A DNA stretch of 64,000 nt from Paraspadella gotoi. Its lineage: Eukaryota > Animalia > Chaetognatha. The notes under the pieces are model-generated. The model did no database searches and was not told the DNA's origin. It worked only from the letters and a program-made list of their open reading frames with translations. The stretch spans positions 186,001-250,000 of the forward strand of contig JBJCIZ010000028.1 in assembly GCA_051294375.1 (NCBI GenBank). The letters are read 5' to 3'. Both the position numbers and the translations under genes were made by a program. Positions 57,701 to 63,774 of the stretch are shown here, one piece after another; the first letter of the stretch is position 1, and every line of letters begins with the position of its first letter.

Positions 57701-59104
57701 AGTGTAAACGCGAAAGATAATCAATTTATAAAGACGCTNNNNNNNNNNNNNNNNNNNNNNNNNNNNNNNNNNNNNNNNNNNNNNNNNNNNNNNNNNNNNN
57801 NNNNNNNNNNNNNNNNNNNNNNNNNNNNNNNNNNNNNNNNNNNNNNNNNNNNNNNNNNNNNNNNNNNNNNNNNNNNNNNNNNNNNNNNNNNNNNNNNNNN
57901 NNNNNNNNNNNNNNNNNNNNNNNNNNNNNNNNNNNNNNNNNNNNNNNNNNNNNNNNNNNNNNNNNNNNNNNNNNNNNNNNNNNNNNNNNNNNNNNNNNNN
58001 NNNNNNNNNNNNNNNNNNNNNAACTTACCTTTGGTCTTTAAATCTCGGCATTTTATTCACTCCGAAAGCGAGACCCTGTACTTGATCAACGCTGCTGCCG
58101 ATTCTGTTCCAAATCGGACTCCCGTTAGATTGACAGGAAAAAGTTACCGAGGAAGAAGTCTGAATCACAAAATGTGAAGAAAGTGAAGCCNNNNNNNNNN
58201 NNNNNNNNNNNNNNNNNNNNNNNNNNNNNNNNNNNNNNNNNNNNNNNNNNNNNNNNNNNNNNNNNNNNNNNNNNNNNNNNNNNNNNNNNNNNNNNNNNNN
58301 NNNNNNNNNNNNNNNNNNNNNNNNNNNNNNNNNNNNNNNNNNNNNNNNNNNNNNNNNNNNNNNNNNNNNNNNNNNNNNNNNNNNNNNNNNNNNNNNNNNN
58401 NNNNNNNNNNNNNNNNNNNNNNNNNNNNNNNNNNNNNNNNNNNNNNNNNNNNNNNNNNNNNNNNNNNNNNNNNNNNNNNNNNNNNNNNNNNNNNNNNNNN
58501 NNNNNNNNNNNNNNNNNNNNNNNNNNNNNNNNNNNNNNNNNNNNNNNNNNNNNNNNNNNNNNNNNNNNNNNNNNNNNNNNNNNNNNNNNNNNNNNNNNNN
58601 NNNNNNNNNNNNNNNNNNNNNNNNNNNNNNNNNNNNNNNNNNNNNNNNNNNNNNNNNNNNNNNNNNNNNNNNNNNNNNNNNNNNNNNNNNNNNNNNNNNN
58701 NNNNNNNNNNNNNNNNNNNNNNNNNNNNNNNNNNNNNNNNNNNNNNNNNNNNNNNNNNNNNNNNNNNNNNNNNNNNNNNNNNNNNNNNNNNNNNNNNNNN
58801 NNNNNNNNNNNNNNNNNNNNNNNNNNNNNNNNNNNNNNNNNNNNNNNNNNNNNNNNNNNNNNNNNNNNNNNNNNNNCACTGATTCGAAAAATTGATATTT
58901 AACCGAAATTTAAGCGAAAAGGTCTTTTCAATTATAATATACATTTACTTAACGGGTAATTTATGAATTGAAACGCGTTTAAAGGTACAAAATGTAGTAC
59001 AAAACGATGTAAAATTGTCAGTAGTAAATTTGATCAATTATGTAAGTTTGTATGATGAATAGGAACAAAAAGAGAGTAGAGATAGAGAGAAGAAGAAGAA
59101 GAGA

Positions 59105-59162
<58 letters not shown>

Positions 59163-59760
59163 CAGATTGATCACTGTGCAGGTGACGACCAAAACAAATT
59201 TAATTCAAATTCATAATTAATCGCAAATCTATACCGAAAATTGAGTGCTATTAAAAGTCGACCTATGACCACGTCGCTTCTTACCGCTCGTCTTTAAATC
59301 TTGAGAGTTTGTTGGCCCCGATGGCCAAACCGCGGACTCGATCCACGATGCCAACTCGGTTCCATATCGGAATATCGTTGGAATCGCAAGAAAAGTCGAC
59401 GGTGGAGAAAACGGTCGCGACGGAAAGAGAAGAGAGAGAGAAAGAGAGGTGGGGAAAATAGAGAAGAAAGAGGAGAGAGAAGAGAGAAGACATCTTTTCT
59501 TTTTTTTTTTAATGATTAAATTTTTGGATTGAGCAAAAAAATTGAGTCTGGATTTTCGATGTAAAGAAAGGAATGAAAAGACTGGTAGCGACACAACGCG
59601 GGATTTTTTTTAAAAAAGATTTAAAAACAAAAGATCCATATGTTTGGATGGTCATACTCCAATGAGAAAAAAAGATTTAAATCGATCATGTACTTGATAA
59701 TTGTTATTTGTTAGTCATAATCAAGCCGACGAGAGATCAGGATTTCAGAGAGAGAGAGAG

Positions 59761-59850
<90 letters not shown>

Positions 59851-62800
59851 TGAGAAGGTAAGAAAGAAAAATAGAAAGAGAAAGAAAAATAGAAGGAGAG
59901 CGAGAGAGAGAGGATTTTATGACTGGGCTGTCATTAAACTTTTAACTTCTGAAATTCTTAAGACCAATTTTAGAAGTTTCAAAAAGTAATGGAGCGCGCA
60001 TCGACTTTACCTATTCACGTCGTAAGTAAAACGAATCCAATTTAAACATAGTTAAATAAAAATATCCGAGACAAGTCAAAACGAACCTGTCATCAGTGAA
60101 CCAAGGTTGTTTTTTATCTCCAAAAGCAATCATTCTATTATTTTGATTCCTTGGCTGACGATTCCAAGCCAGAGAATGTATAGACTCGCAGGACAACGAA
60201 GCCGAAGACCCGAAGACAACGATTTCCTCATTTTCCCCTTTGACCGGCGGAAGGTTTAAAGCCGCGACGAGGAAAATAGTTATTAAATAAAATGTATTTA
60301 GTAAGTTTTCGTTTCGAAAGTGCATTTTCGATTTTAAGAACGTTTAATTCGAATTGAGAAGGCAAATGATTTGATCGCGTTACATCGAGAGACTTTCGCT
60401 AAAAACGGACTACTAACGACGTTCTACGTTTTTTTGCTTAGAATTAAAAAAAAACAAAAGATCTTTCGGAATGACTCTGAATAATAACTTTTCATTTTCA
60501 ATAGGCACAATCAAGTCGTTGTAGAAGCTCATCGTTATCAATATTATATATTGTTATTTTTAATGTTACTACACTTCACAAATTTAAAAAAAATACAATT
60601 AGGCAAAATGCCAAATAATTTAATGTCTTGAAAATTTTTCCTTAATTATATATCGTCAATTTTCTTGTTACCAATTCAAATTTTGGGATTCTCGACAAAA
60701 CATTTTATTCCCTAAATTAATGAAAAGTAAAACGAAAAGTGATCTTGTTCAAAATCATAGGACAGCATAGTTAATTTACTAAATGAATGAATAAATTTAT
60801 GAAAGTTGCAAAATTATTTGTCTGTTGTTTGTACCAATATCGAAGAATTTGAACCAACCAACCAACCAAGTCTCCGGTTCCACGCCGGAAAGTCTCCGGT
60901 TCCACGCCGGAAAGTCTCCGGTTCCACGCCGGAAAGTCTCCGGTTCCACGCCGGAATGTCGATGGAATCGCAAGAGAGGTGGAACCGGATACGACGAAGA
61001 CTTTGGAACCGAGAATCGGCGAAACGAGGAGAAAAGAAGACAGGAGGAAAAGAAACATTTTGCGTTTTGTTTTGTTTGTTTCTTTTTAGTTTCGATTTAC
61101 GTTTTCGTTAGTTTTTTGTGCTTAGTTAAGACGAACAGGTCTTTGTTTTAGATAAATTGAGAATAAAATAACTCCCGATTTCAAAAAGAGACTAGGAGAG
61201 ACATCTACGCGAAGATTTGGAACGAACGTCTGCTTTTAGAAAATGAGGAGAAAAAAGAAAAAACAAAAGGCGTTCTAGGGAGATCAGGTTTAATTTTGTC
61301 ATTTGTAGACGCTATTTTTCCGGAATTGGGCGGAACGGGATAATTTAAATGAAACGCAACAAAGTTTTGAAATCCGAGCTTTTTTGTTCCAAATATCATT
61401 TGCATATTGTAGTAATCGAATAAAAGTTACTCTTCGTTCTAAAAGAAGTCTATCTGGTTAACCAATCAAAAAATTAAGTTTATTTATAAGTAATAATAAA
61501 GAATAACAAGAGGTTATGATTACTGACTGCTTGTAAAAATATTATGACTAAGCATTTGAAAAAAAACTCTAACACGGTCAAACCCCGTGGATTAAATCTT
61601 TTTAAAAGTTTTTTATAAAAGAATCCACAAGACTCTATGTTAGAAGTCCTGGGACAAAGGTCCTAGTTTGAATTTGCAAGGTTCTCCTGTAAAGAGGAGA
61701 GCCCGAAAAAACGAGAGCACCGAAAGAAACTGGAACGACCAATTAATATTCATAATGATAATAATTATTATTATAAGTAATAATACAAGACCGATCACCA
61801 ATGATAAACGCCCTTAAACGATTGTATGTACGCGCTAATTCCGACAAAGCAAATTCTAAGAATGCATCTTTTAACACTGGACAGAGTTTGAAAAAGACTT
61901 CCTCTGGCAATGAAATCTGTATTAAATATGCTATTTGCTTATTTAAAAAAAAAAAAATATTAAACCAAAAACAATACATTTCGTTTGGGCGTGATGAAAT
62001 AATGAAATTAAATCTTGATTTTTTTTTTCGAAACTATCGAGTATTACTTATTTTTTCAGATTGTCACACTTCGTTTTGTGTCGCTTGTCCGAGATTGACC
62101 AGATGGAAAGAGAGAGTGAAGGATGGATTTTTTTTTAATAAGAAAAATTCGAAATCAAAGAGGAATGAATGAACGCGAGTTTATTTCAATGACATCATGG
62201 AGGGAATGCGAGAAGGAATAAAATTACAAAGACTTATAACATTCTTGAAACATTCTTTGAAATATTATACCACTTCATTGATAGGGAAGCTACTGATGGG
62301 TCTCTGGGAGTGAATAAACGAGACTGTTAGAGAGTCTTGATCGAAAGCTTGCACAGACCTGCTATGTTATTATCTAGTAAGTGTGATTGAGGACTTAACC
62401 CTAACCTCTCCAAAGTCAGGGGTAAATGAACCACTTTGTTATGCTTCAAAGAATTCGAAAAAGGGAATGGAATTTTATGCCGGTAATATCAATTATTATT
62501 TATATTTTTCGAAATTCAAGAGAAAAACCAGCTTCGATCTTCACTAGAGAATCAGACATAGATAAACATGATATAACATAACATACACAAACATAACCAA
62601 GTAAAAACCGAAGAAAAGGAAAAGGAAAAGGAAGCGAATAATGTTACCATCATGGCTACAATCGAAGCAACGTTATTATGATTGTCTAGTCGTAGTCAGT
62701 ATAACTTTCGTCCCAACCTGTTCTCCTTGAACCAAGACTGTTTTCTTTCTCCGTAAGCGATCATGCGACTGTTTCCATTCACTGGTCTTCTGTTCCAGGC

Positions 62801-63257
62801 GACTGTTTCTGGAGAAGAGCAAGAGAAAGAGACGGGCGTTCCGAGAAAAGAGATTCGAGTCTCTCCGAGAGACGAGCGGAAGATAAAAGCCAAAAATACG
62901 AGGTGAAACAGGAAAAGCATTTTTTTAAATATATGGGGAAAGTTTAAGAGAAAAAGTATTGTTTTTTATTTCTTTTAATTTTAGTTTTGAAATGGGTTTG
63001 AAAAAATAAAGAATTTTCTTTTGAGTGAGAAAAAAGGATTAAACAAAGGGACCAGTAGCGACGCCTCGCTGATATAAGAGAAAACGCGAGTTCGGTAAAA
63101 AGACAAAAAACANNNNNNNNNNCAAAAGACCTTGGAACGATTTCTGTTCCCGACTACGAGACAAAATGCTCGTAGAAGAAAACACATAGGGAGTTCTCGA
63201 AATATGCTAAGCGGTTTAAAAGAAACGTTTAGAAAGGAAAAAAAGCAGAGAGAGAGC

Positions 63258-63291
<34 letters not shown>

Positions 63292-63774
63292 AGAGAGAGA
63301 GAGAGAGAAAAAAGAAAAAACACATTCGTTCAACCCAGTTTCATTACATTTTATTTGCCTGTTAATGTTTTTGTATATCAATCTGTATCATTACTTGATA
63401 TGAACAAAACACCTCATTACAGGTCCGATAATTAAATCTCTCTTGTCTCCAAACGCAACGGGGAGATTTATTTAAATCTTTAAATCTTTAAATCTTAAAA
63501 ATATTAAAAATCTTTAAATCTTTAAATCTTAAAAATCTTTAAATCTTTACCTTCGATCCTTAAATCTCGACATTCTCTTGTCCCCAAAAGCCAGATTCCT
63601 CACGTCGTTCACGGTTTCACCGATTCGATTCCAAATTGGTGATTCTTTCGATTCACAAGCGAAAGAGACGGAGGAAGAAGATTGAGTTACGAGGTGAGAG
63701 GAAGAGGAAGAGGAGAATCGGAGGAAAGAGGCGAGGAAGAAGACGAAGACGAGGAAAATCGAAAAAGGAGACAT
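12781..63774 (-). CDS. Multi-exon type I membrane Ig-superfamily receptor locus: clustered variable first exons spliced to shared constant exons (4 Ig-like domains, TM, cytoplasmic EF-hand pair)
   Basis: Constant exons join with compatible phases from 21536 down to 13071 (one exon needs two 1-nt indel corrections). Every intact variable exon ends in phase 2 (CG or AG then GT), matching the phase-2 acceptor at 21536. The array probably continues past the window end. Confidence 0.88.
13090..13880. repeat. ~200-bp tandem repeat (about 4 copies) built on (GATT)n
   Basis: TTGGCAGAT unit starts near 13111, 13313, 13507 and 13713. Confidence 0.88.
14126..14214 (-). CDS. Constant exon 15: completes EF-hand loop 1
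   Basis: cag|(V)EEAKPVVISYSDIYDLGITEEKVEDSLGQ|gtgggt; splicing yields the loop DADQDGYLTVEE; phase 1/0. Confidence 0.85.
14646..14728 (-). CDS. Constant exon 14: first EF-hand (entering helix and loop)
   Basis: cag|(R)TEDWTIGFAKLANALYLKDADQDGYLT-G|gtaagt; phase 2/1. Confidence 0.85.
15311..15528 (-). CDS. Constant exon 13: Gly/Ser-rich cytoplasmic linker
   Basis: cag|LGTMTMGKGTKNDASGAFTFLQPSGGAMGSGGGGGGGVGSGPSTLNAPLAPNSIVQSGTMTVRLMKNMKKSS-AG|gttagg; phase 0/2. Confidence 0.82.
16069..16205 (-). CDS. Constant exon 12: transmembrane helix
   Basis: cag|(G)NNMLGILLLTGFTVVLLLLTSVVCFVVFRKNICKENRHPSFGDEE|gtcagt; long hydrophobic run followed by an RK stop-transfer; phase 1/0. Confidence 0.88.
16260..16640. 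repeat. ~180-bp tandem duplication rich in (TCAA)n
   Basis: gcattcgaacgatgaagcaattaatcaat and aaacaatgaagcacgaaattaatcagtccatcc each occur twice. Confidence 0.8.
16784..16889 (-). CDS. Constant exon 11: end of domain 4 and stalk
   Basis: cag|VSSVAGRTEKKMVVTISDMQQDAIYPNDRDRKPIL-G|gtcagt; phase 0/1. Confidence 0.8.
17211..17281 (-). CDS. Constant exon 10
   Basis: cag|(N)GVRVEFKFKPEKYGLETMAILLK|gtaaat; phase 1/0. Confidence 0.8.
17770..17828 (-). CDS. Constant exon 9
   Basis: cag|G-YVENDLDSRQAPELMTEIA-A|gtaagt; phase 2/1. Confidence 0.8.
17901..17987 (-). CDS. Constant exon 8: Ig domain 4 (two apparent 1-nt deletions)
   Basis: aag|IRTKKGEDG..KIGCNIY..PIPPPLNIS-TG|gtgagt is spread over three frames. 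It is 87 nt as assembled but needs 89 to complete Trp with the next exon, probably a consensus error. Confidence 0.65.
18198..18260 (-). CDS. Constant exon 7: G strand of domain 3, start of domain 4
   Basis: cag|VIKREVTVTIIRPPEIACTKN|gtaagt; 63 nt, phase 0/0. Confidence 0.85.
18402..18491 (-). CDS. Constant exon 6 (GC donor)
   Basis: cag|VGFVVDSTLETKLEDKSPVLLEVIDPSTNQ|gcgagt; the only phase-0 donor before an in-frame TAA is a GC donor. Confidence 0.75.
18880..18936 (-). CDS. Constant exon 5
   Basis: cag|VGEDQMQTQVSNRRDGGLD|gtaagt; 57 nt, phase 0/0. Confidence 0.82.
19183..19271 (-). CDS. Constant exon 4: Ig domain 3
   Basis: cag|(V)MIKPREKSQSVSCVVRGNPLPSNAGITWK|gtgagt; C-x-V-x-G-N-P-x-P...I-T-W I-set pattern; phase 1/0. 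Confidence 0.9.
20006..20126 (-). CDS. Constant exon 3: end of Ig domain 2, start of domain 3
   Basis: cag|GKELTCSVRHTHLKAGTQPPSCSFGVLDVRFEPKIECPPA-G|gtgaga; DQGKELTC is the F-strand pattern of C2-type domains in nephrin/nectin-like proteins; phase 0/1. Confidence 0.9.
20750..20932 (-). CDS. Constant exon 2: Ig domain 2, first part
   Basis: cag|MTITEDAARAFRCGANVTDLTSGGAAEIVWRLGNETLPAPTNDDSGKMASHLDYVARYADQ|gtgcga; B-strand Cys, C-strand Trp; 183 nt, phase 0/0. Confidence 0.9.
21389..21536 (-). CDS. Constant exon 1: C-terminal half of Ig domain 1
   Basis: tcag|G-YTFKKEGTLYTLTITDVRSSDAGKFVCDGEKSHQFHLTVLGLPKCERAE|gtgagt. Has the E-strand LTI and F-strand D-x-G-x-F-x-C Ig signature; 148 nt, phase 2 in, phase 0 out. 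Confidence 0.92.
22239..22453 (-). CDS. Variable first exon (most proximal), intact
   Basis: MKSILVFSIFLLLVSFSASS...FSCGADEAPVW...NLAVGVRKLARFDDER, CG|gtaaaa. Confidence 0.9.
22501..22573 (-). promoter_or_regulatory. Conserved bipartite upstream element (representative copy; recurs before most variable exons)
   Basis: Plus-strand consensus GAC(C/T)(A/G)GTAG(A/C)GAC(A/G)C ... ~30-45 nt ... AAACAAAAG. Other copies near 26385, 27573, 28433, 29153, 41214, 47816, 49041, 50050, 53340, 54322, 56062, 57082, 59580, 61190, 63050, 63878. Confidence 0.75.
23018..23714 (-). pseudogene. Degraded or mis-assembled variable exon
   Basis: 3' end GGRKQSNFNEER|gt at 23018 and a leader-like start at 23714 are separated by unrelated noisy sequence; upstream motif near 23930. 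Confidence 0.45.
24312..24470 (-). pseudogene. Partial, noisy variable exon (3' part, abuts gap)
   Basis: ...SSVIPMW...KRANLMDE followed by a gtatg donor. Confidence 0.45.
25399..25568 (-). pseudogene. Partial, noisy variable exon (5' part, abuts gap)
   Basis: MFSSIFVALFSTFFLIGEATV...LWMHE...MKGIKAF; upstream motif at ~25636-25705. Confidence 0.55.
26094..26335 (-). CDS. Variable first exon, intact
   Basis: MTPRTKLLFFFTIFLLSS...RFSCVSVTIPIWLRQ...GMAFGEKKQANFQDDR, AG|gtggcg. Confidence 0.88.
27341..27504 (-). pseudogene. Highly degenerate variable exon
   Basis: Clear upstream motif (27573-27648) and an ARLKDF remnant, but no intact frame or donor. Confidence 0.35.
28133..28365 (-). CDS. Variable first exon, intact
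   Basis: MTLTSFIFSHFF...SFSCSSSSAPMWLMRNKDQNRMHGIAIGGKKQARFKEPR, AG|gtcaga. Confidence 0.88.
28850..29073 (-). CDS. Variable first exon, intact (close paralog of 28133-28365)
   Basis: MTRISIFLSTFFF...SFSCSSSSDPIWMMQNEDQNRMHGMAMGDKKQAKFKNPR, AG|gtacga. Confidence 0.88.
29514..29629 (-). CDS. Variable exon, 3' part (5' part beyond small gap is noisy)
   Basis: VDFSCQSRETPMWMRQSSGERMTGVAYGAKRKSRFKDQR, AG|gttcgt. Confidence 0.8.
30882..31220 (-). pseudogene. Variable exon, frameshifted (duplicate block A)
   Basis: 5' part matches 41975-42215; ends FKDEK|gtaaaa; multiple indels. Confidence 0.55.
32103..32370 (-). pseudogene. Variable exon, frameshifted copy of 43042-43295
   Basis: Near-identical DNA with scattered 1-nt indels. 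Confidence 0.6.
33051..33277 (-). pseudogene. Variable exon, frameshifted copy of 43921-44141
   Basis: Near-identical DNA with indels; ends RFKDQR|gtag. Confidence 0.6.
34104..34331 (-). pseudogene. Variable exon, frameshifted copy of 44956-45173
   Basis: Same MANLKIHFFIISSFLLHLSNSL start; indels in the middle. Confidence 0.6.
35014..35270 (-). pseudogene. Variable exon, frameshifted copy of 45832-46053
   Basis: MMNPIVCSFF start, NQHHQLQGIA, KNER|gtat. Confidence 0.6.
35909..36138 (-). pseudogene. Variable exon, frameshifted copy of 46668-46891
   Basis: MISVLF start and SFSCVS; indels. Confidence 0.6.
36703..36975 (-). pseudogene. Variable exon, frameshifted copy of 47511-47764
   Basis: Near-identical DNA with many indels. 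Confidence 0.55.
37943..38148 (-). pseudogene. Variable exon, frameshifted copy of 48737-48944
   Basis: Near-identical DNA; ends RFVNER|gtgaat. Confidence 0.6.
38950..39149 (-). pseudogene. Variable exon, frameshifted copy of 49767-49975
   Basis: CDSKNLPIWNRIQDGDSLWN...MARFKDSR; leader out of frame. Confidence 0.6.
39378..39459 (+). tRNA. tRNA-Leu(TAA), copy with probable sequence errors
   Basis: GCTAGGA acceptor stem, TTAGA-CTTAAGT-TCTAA anticodon arm, long variable arm, GGTTCGAACCC T arm. Confidence 0.82.
39553..39632 (+). tRNA. tRNA-Leu(TAA), copy with 1-nt deletions
   Basis: Same sequence as 53499-53581 with a few missing bases. Confidence 0.8.
39779..39860 (+). tRNA. tRNA-Leu(TAA)
   Basis: Same family; D loop CGAGAGGTTAAG. 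Confidence 0.82.
40050..40248 (-). pseudogene. Variable exon, frameshifted copy of 51139-51344
   Basis: MFISFAIFVSLF start and STIKFNC; deletions. Confidence 0.6.
40953..41190 (-). pseudogene. Variable exon with frameshifts
   Basis: VISIGSLVEFSCVSNEDPI...GMAIGERRKTRFKEKR|gttatg across frames; motif at 41212-41278. Confidence 0.6.
41894..42205 (-). pseudogene. Variable exon with frameshifts (block B)
   Basis: CDSNSAPIWNRIRG...LAVGDKR..FKEP..|gtaaac across frames. Confidence 0.6.
43042..43295 (-). CDS. Variable first exon, intact
   Basis: ...FLLSFLCIFGIMPSFISA...QFSCVSIESPVWNRIRDRNMKSLAVGERKMMGFRDQR, CG|gtaaaa. Confidence 0.85.
43921..44141 (-). CDS. Variable first exon, intact
   Basis: MSRLLSPLFFSLLLF...EFRCDSIEDPIWYRIQ...ILGVGNKKTMRFKDQR, AG|gtagaa. 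Confidence 0.87.
44956..45173 (-). CDS. Variable first exon, intact
   Basis: MANLKIHFF...RISCSSAETPMWLMK...GIALGTKPKSRFNDER, AG|gtgcaa. Confidence 0.87.
45832..46053 (-). CDS. Variable first exon, near intact (small deletion at donor)
   Basis: MMNPIVCSFFLFFF...LFCDSAETPMWLMQQ...GIAFGEKPKSRFKNE; the block A copy retains the AG|gtat junction. Confidence 0.78.
46668..46891 (-). CDS. Variable first exon, intact
   Basis: MISVLFLSVFAILSA...SFSCVSASLPVWNRIK...SIAIGAAKMARFQDDR, CG|gtaaat. Confidence 0.88.
47511..47764 (-). CDS. Variable first exon, in frame
   Basis: ...DFSCVSAAEIPIWLQQ...SIGVGGRAKGASIDER, AG|gttgat. Confidence 0.8.
48737..48944 (-). CDS. Variable first exon, near intact (1-nt deletion near 3' end)
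   Basis: MFFLVFSLFSSVILVSAE...LFSCQSKTDPVWMKH...AMAFGGKVRMERFV, donor gtgaat. Confidence 0.78.
49767..49975 (-). CDS. Variable first exon, intact
   Basis: MKFESLLSLFLLLSV...KFSCDSKTLPIWNRIQ...NLAIGEKRMARFKDSR, CG|gtaaaa. Confidence 0.89.
50376..50708 (+). tRNA. tRNA-Leu(TAA) halves flanking a gap (5' part 50376-50412, 3' part 50680-50708; probably two genes)
   Basis: Flanks match the first and second tRNA copies at 39.4-39.6 kb. Confidence 0.75.
51139..51344 (-). CDS. Variable first exon, intact
   Basis: MFISFAIFVSLFSLCFG...KFNCESSSSPVWNRIQ...ALAFGVQKVARFTDER, AG|gtaaac. Confidence 0.89.
53131..53240 (-). CDS. Variable first exon, 5' part (rest in gap)
   Basis: MQITFRRRIIILFLLTASSASSAFDEATPVGSWTSF; motif at 53340-53401. 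Confidence 0.72.
53499..53581 (+). tRNA. tRNA-Leu(TAA)
   Basis: Complete 83-nt cloverleaf GCTAGGATGGCCGAGTGGTTAAGGCGTTAGACTTAAGTTCTAATGGACAAGTGTCTTCGTGGGTTCGAACCCCACTCCTAGCA, followed by a T run. Confidence 0.95.
53974..54239 (-). CDS. Variable first exon, intact, with loop insertion
   Basis: MFIPSFSSLFVIVVVCIVV...EFSCSSRRPPIWSRIRETDKSVGMSVNVGVGQIAFENLAVGDAKMPQFGDSR, CG|gtaaat. Confidence 0.87.
54808..55037 (-). CDS. Variable first exon, intact
   Basis: MKSTPLFYALFIVAMA...SFPCESNHPPIWSKF...NLAFGDTKMPQFKNSR, CG|gtaatt. Confidence 0.88.
55473..55554 (+). tRNA. tRNA-Leu(TAA)
   Basis: Complete 82-nt cloverleaf with a variant variable arm (GGACAGTGTCC); downstream T6 Pol III terminator. Confidence 0.95.
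55878..55990 (-). CDS. Variable first exon, leader only (rest in gap)
   Basis: M...MPFPLLFLLAGMFRPSASASG; motif at 56062-56132. Confidence 0.62.
56745..56995 (-). CDS. Variable first exon, intact
   Basis: MANSSHLRRIYSLFAFSLF...KFSCSSNRNPVWTKIGETVNDVKTLAVGVDKMPNFDDAR, AG|gtaaaa. Confidence 0.88.
58029..58190 (-). CDS. Variable exon, 3' part (start in gap)
   Basis: ...TFSCQSNGSPIWNRIG...GLAFGVNKMPRFKDQR, AG|gtaagt. Confidence 0.85.
59285..59493 (-). CDS. Variable first exon, intact
   Basis: MSSLFSLLFLLYF...DFSCDSNDIPIWNRVG...GLAIGANKLSRFKDER, CG|gtaaga. Confidence 0.89.
60087..60325 (-). CDS. Variable first exon, intact
   Basis: MHFRNENLLNTFYLITIFLVAAL...SLSCESIHSLAWNRQP...RMIAFGDKKQPWFTDDR, AG|gttcgt. 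Confidence 0.86.
60869..61058 (-). pseudogene. Variable exon truncated by a 22-bp tandem repeat
   Basis: Leader MFLFLLSSFLLVSPILGS and SCDSIDIPAWNR, then 4 copies of agtctccggttccacgccggaa; the 3' half and donor are missing. Confidence 0.7.
62718..62920 (-). CDS. Variable first exon, intact
   Basis: MLFLFHLVFLAFIFRSSLG...SFSCSSPETVAWNRRP...RMIAYGERKQSWFKENR, AG|gttggg. Confidence 0.87.
63551..63774 (-). CDS. Variable first exon, intact
   Basis: MSPFSIFLVFVFFLASFL...SFACESKESPIWNRIGETVNDVRNLAFGDKRMSRFKDRR, AG|gtaaag. Confidence 0.89.

Noticed and set aside
24276-58944. Long ORFs of 170-435 aa in the ORF track
   Set aside because: They run through N gaps and are artefacts.
22239-63774. Cassettes as independent small secreted-peptide genes
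   Set aside because: The stop after the final Arg is part of the GTAA/GTAG donor and is absent where the donor is GTG, GTC or GTT. Each encodes only half an Ig fold that the 21389-21536 exon completes.
22239-63774. V(D)J-type rearranging segments
   Set aside because: I saw no CACAGTG/ACAAAAACC signal pairs at the 3' ends; the segments end in splice donors instead.
12781-63774. Assignment as Dscam, sDscam or protocadherin
   Set aside because: No FN3 or cadherin repeats, only four Ig-like domains and an EF-hand tail; the similarity is in organisation only.
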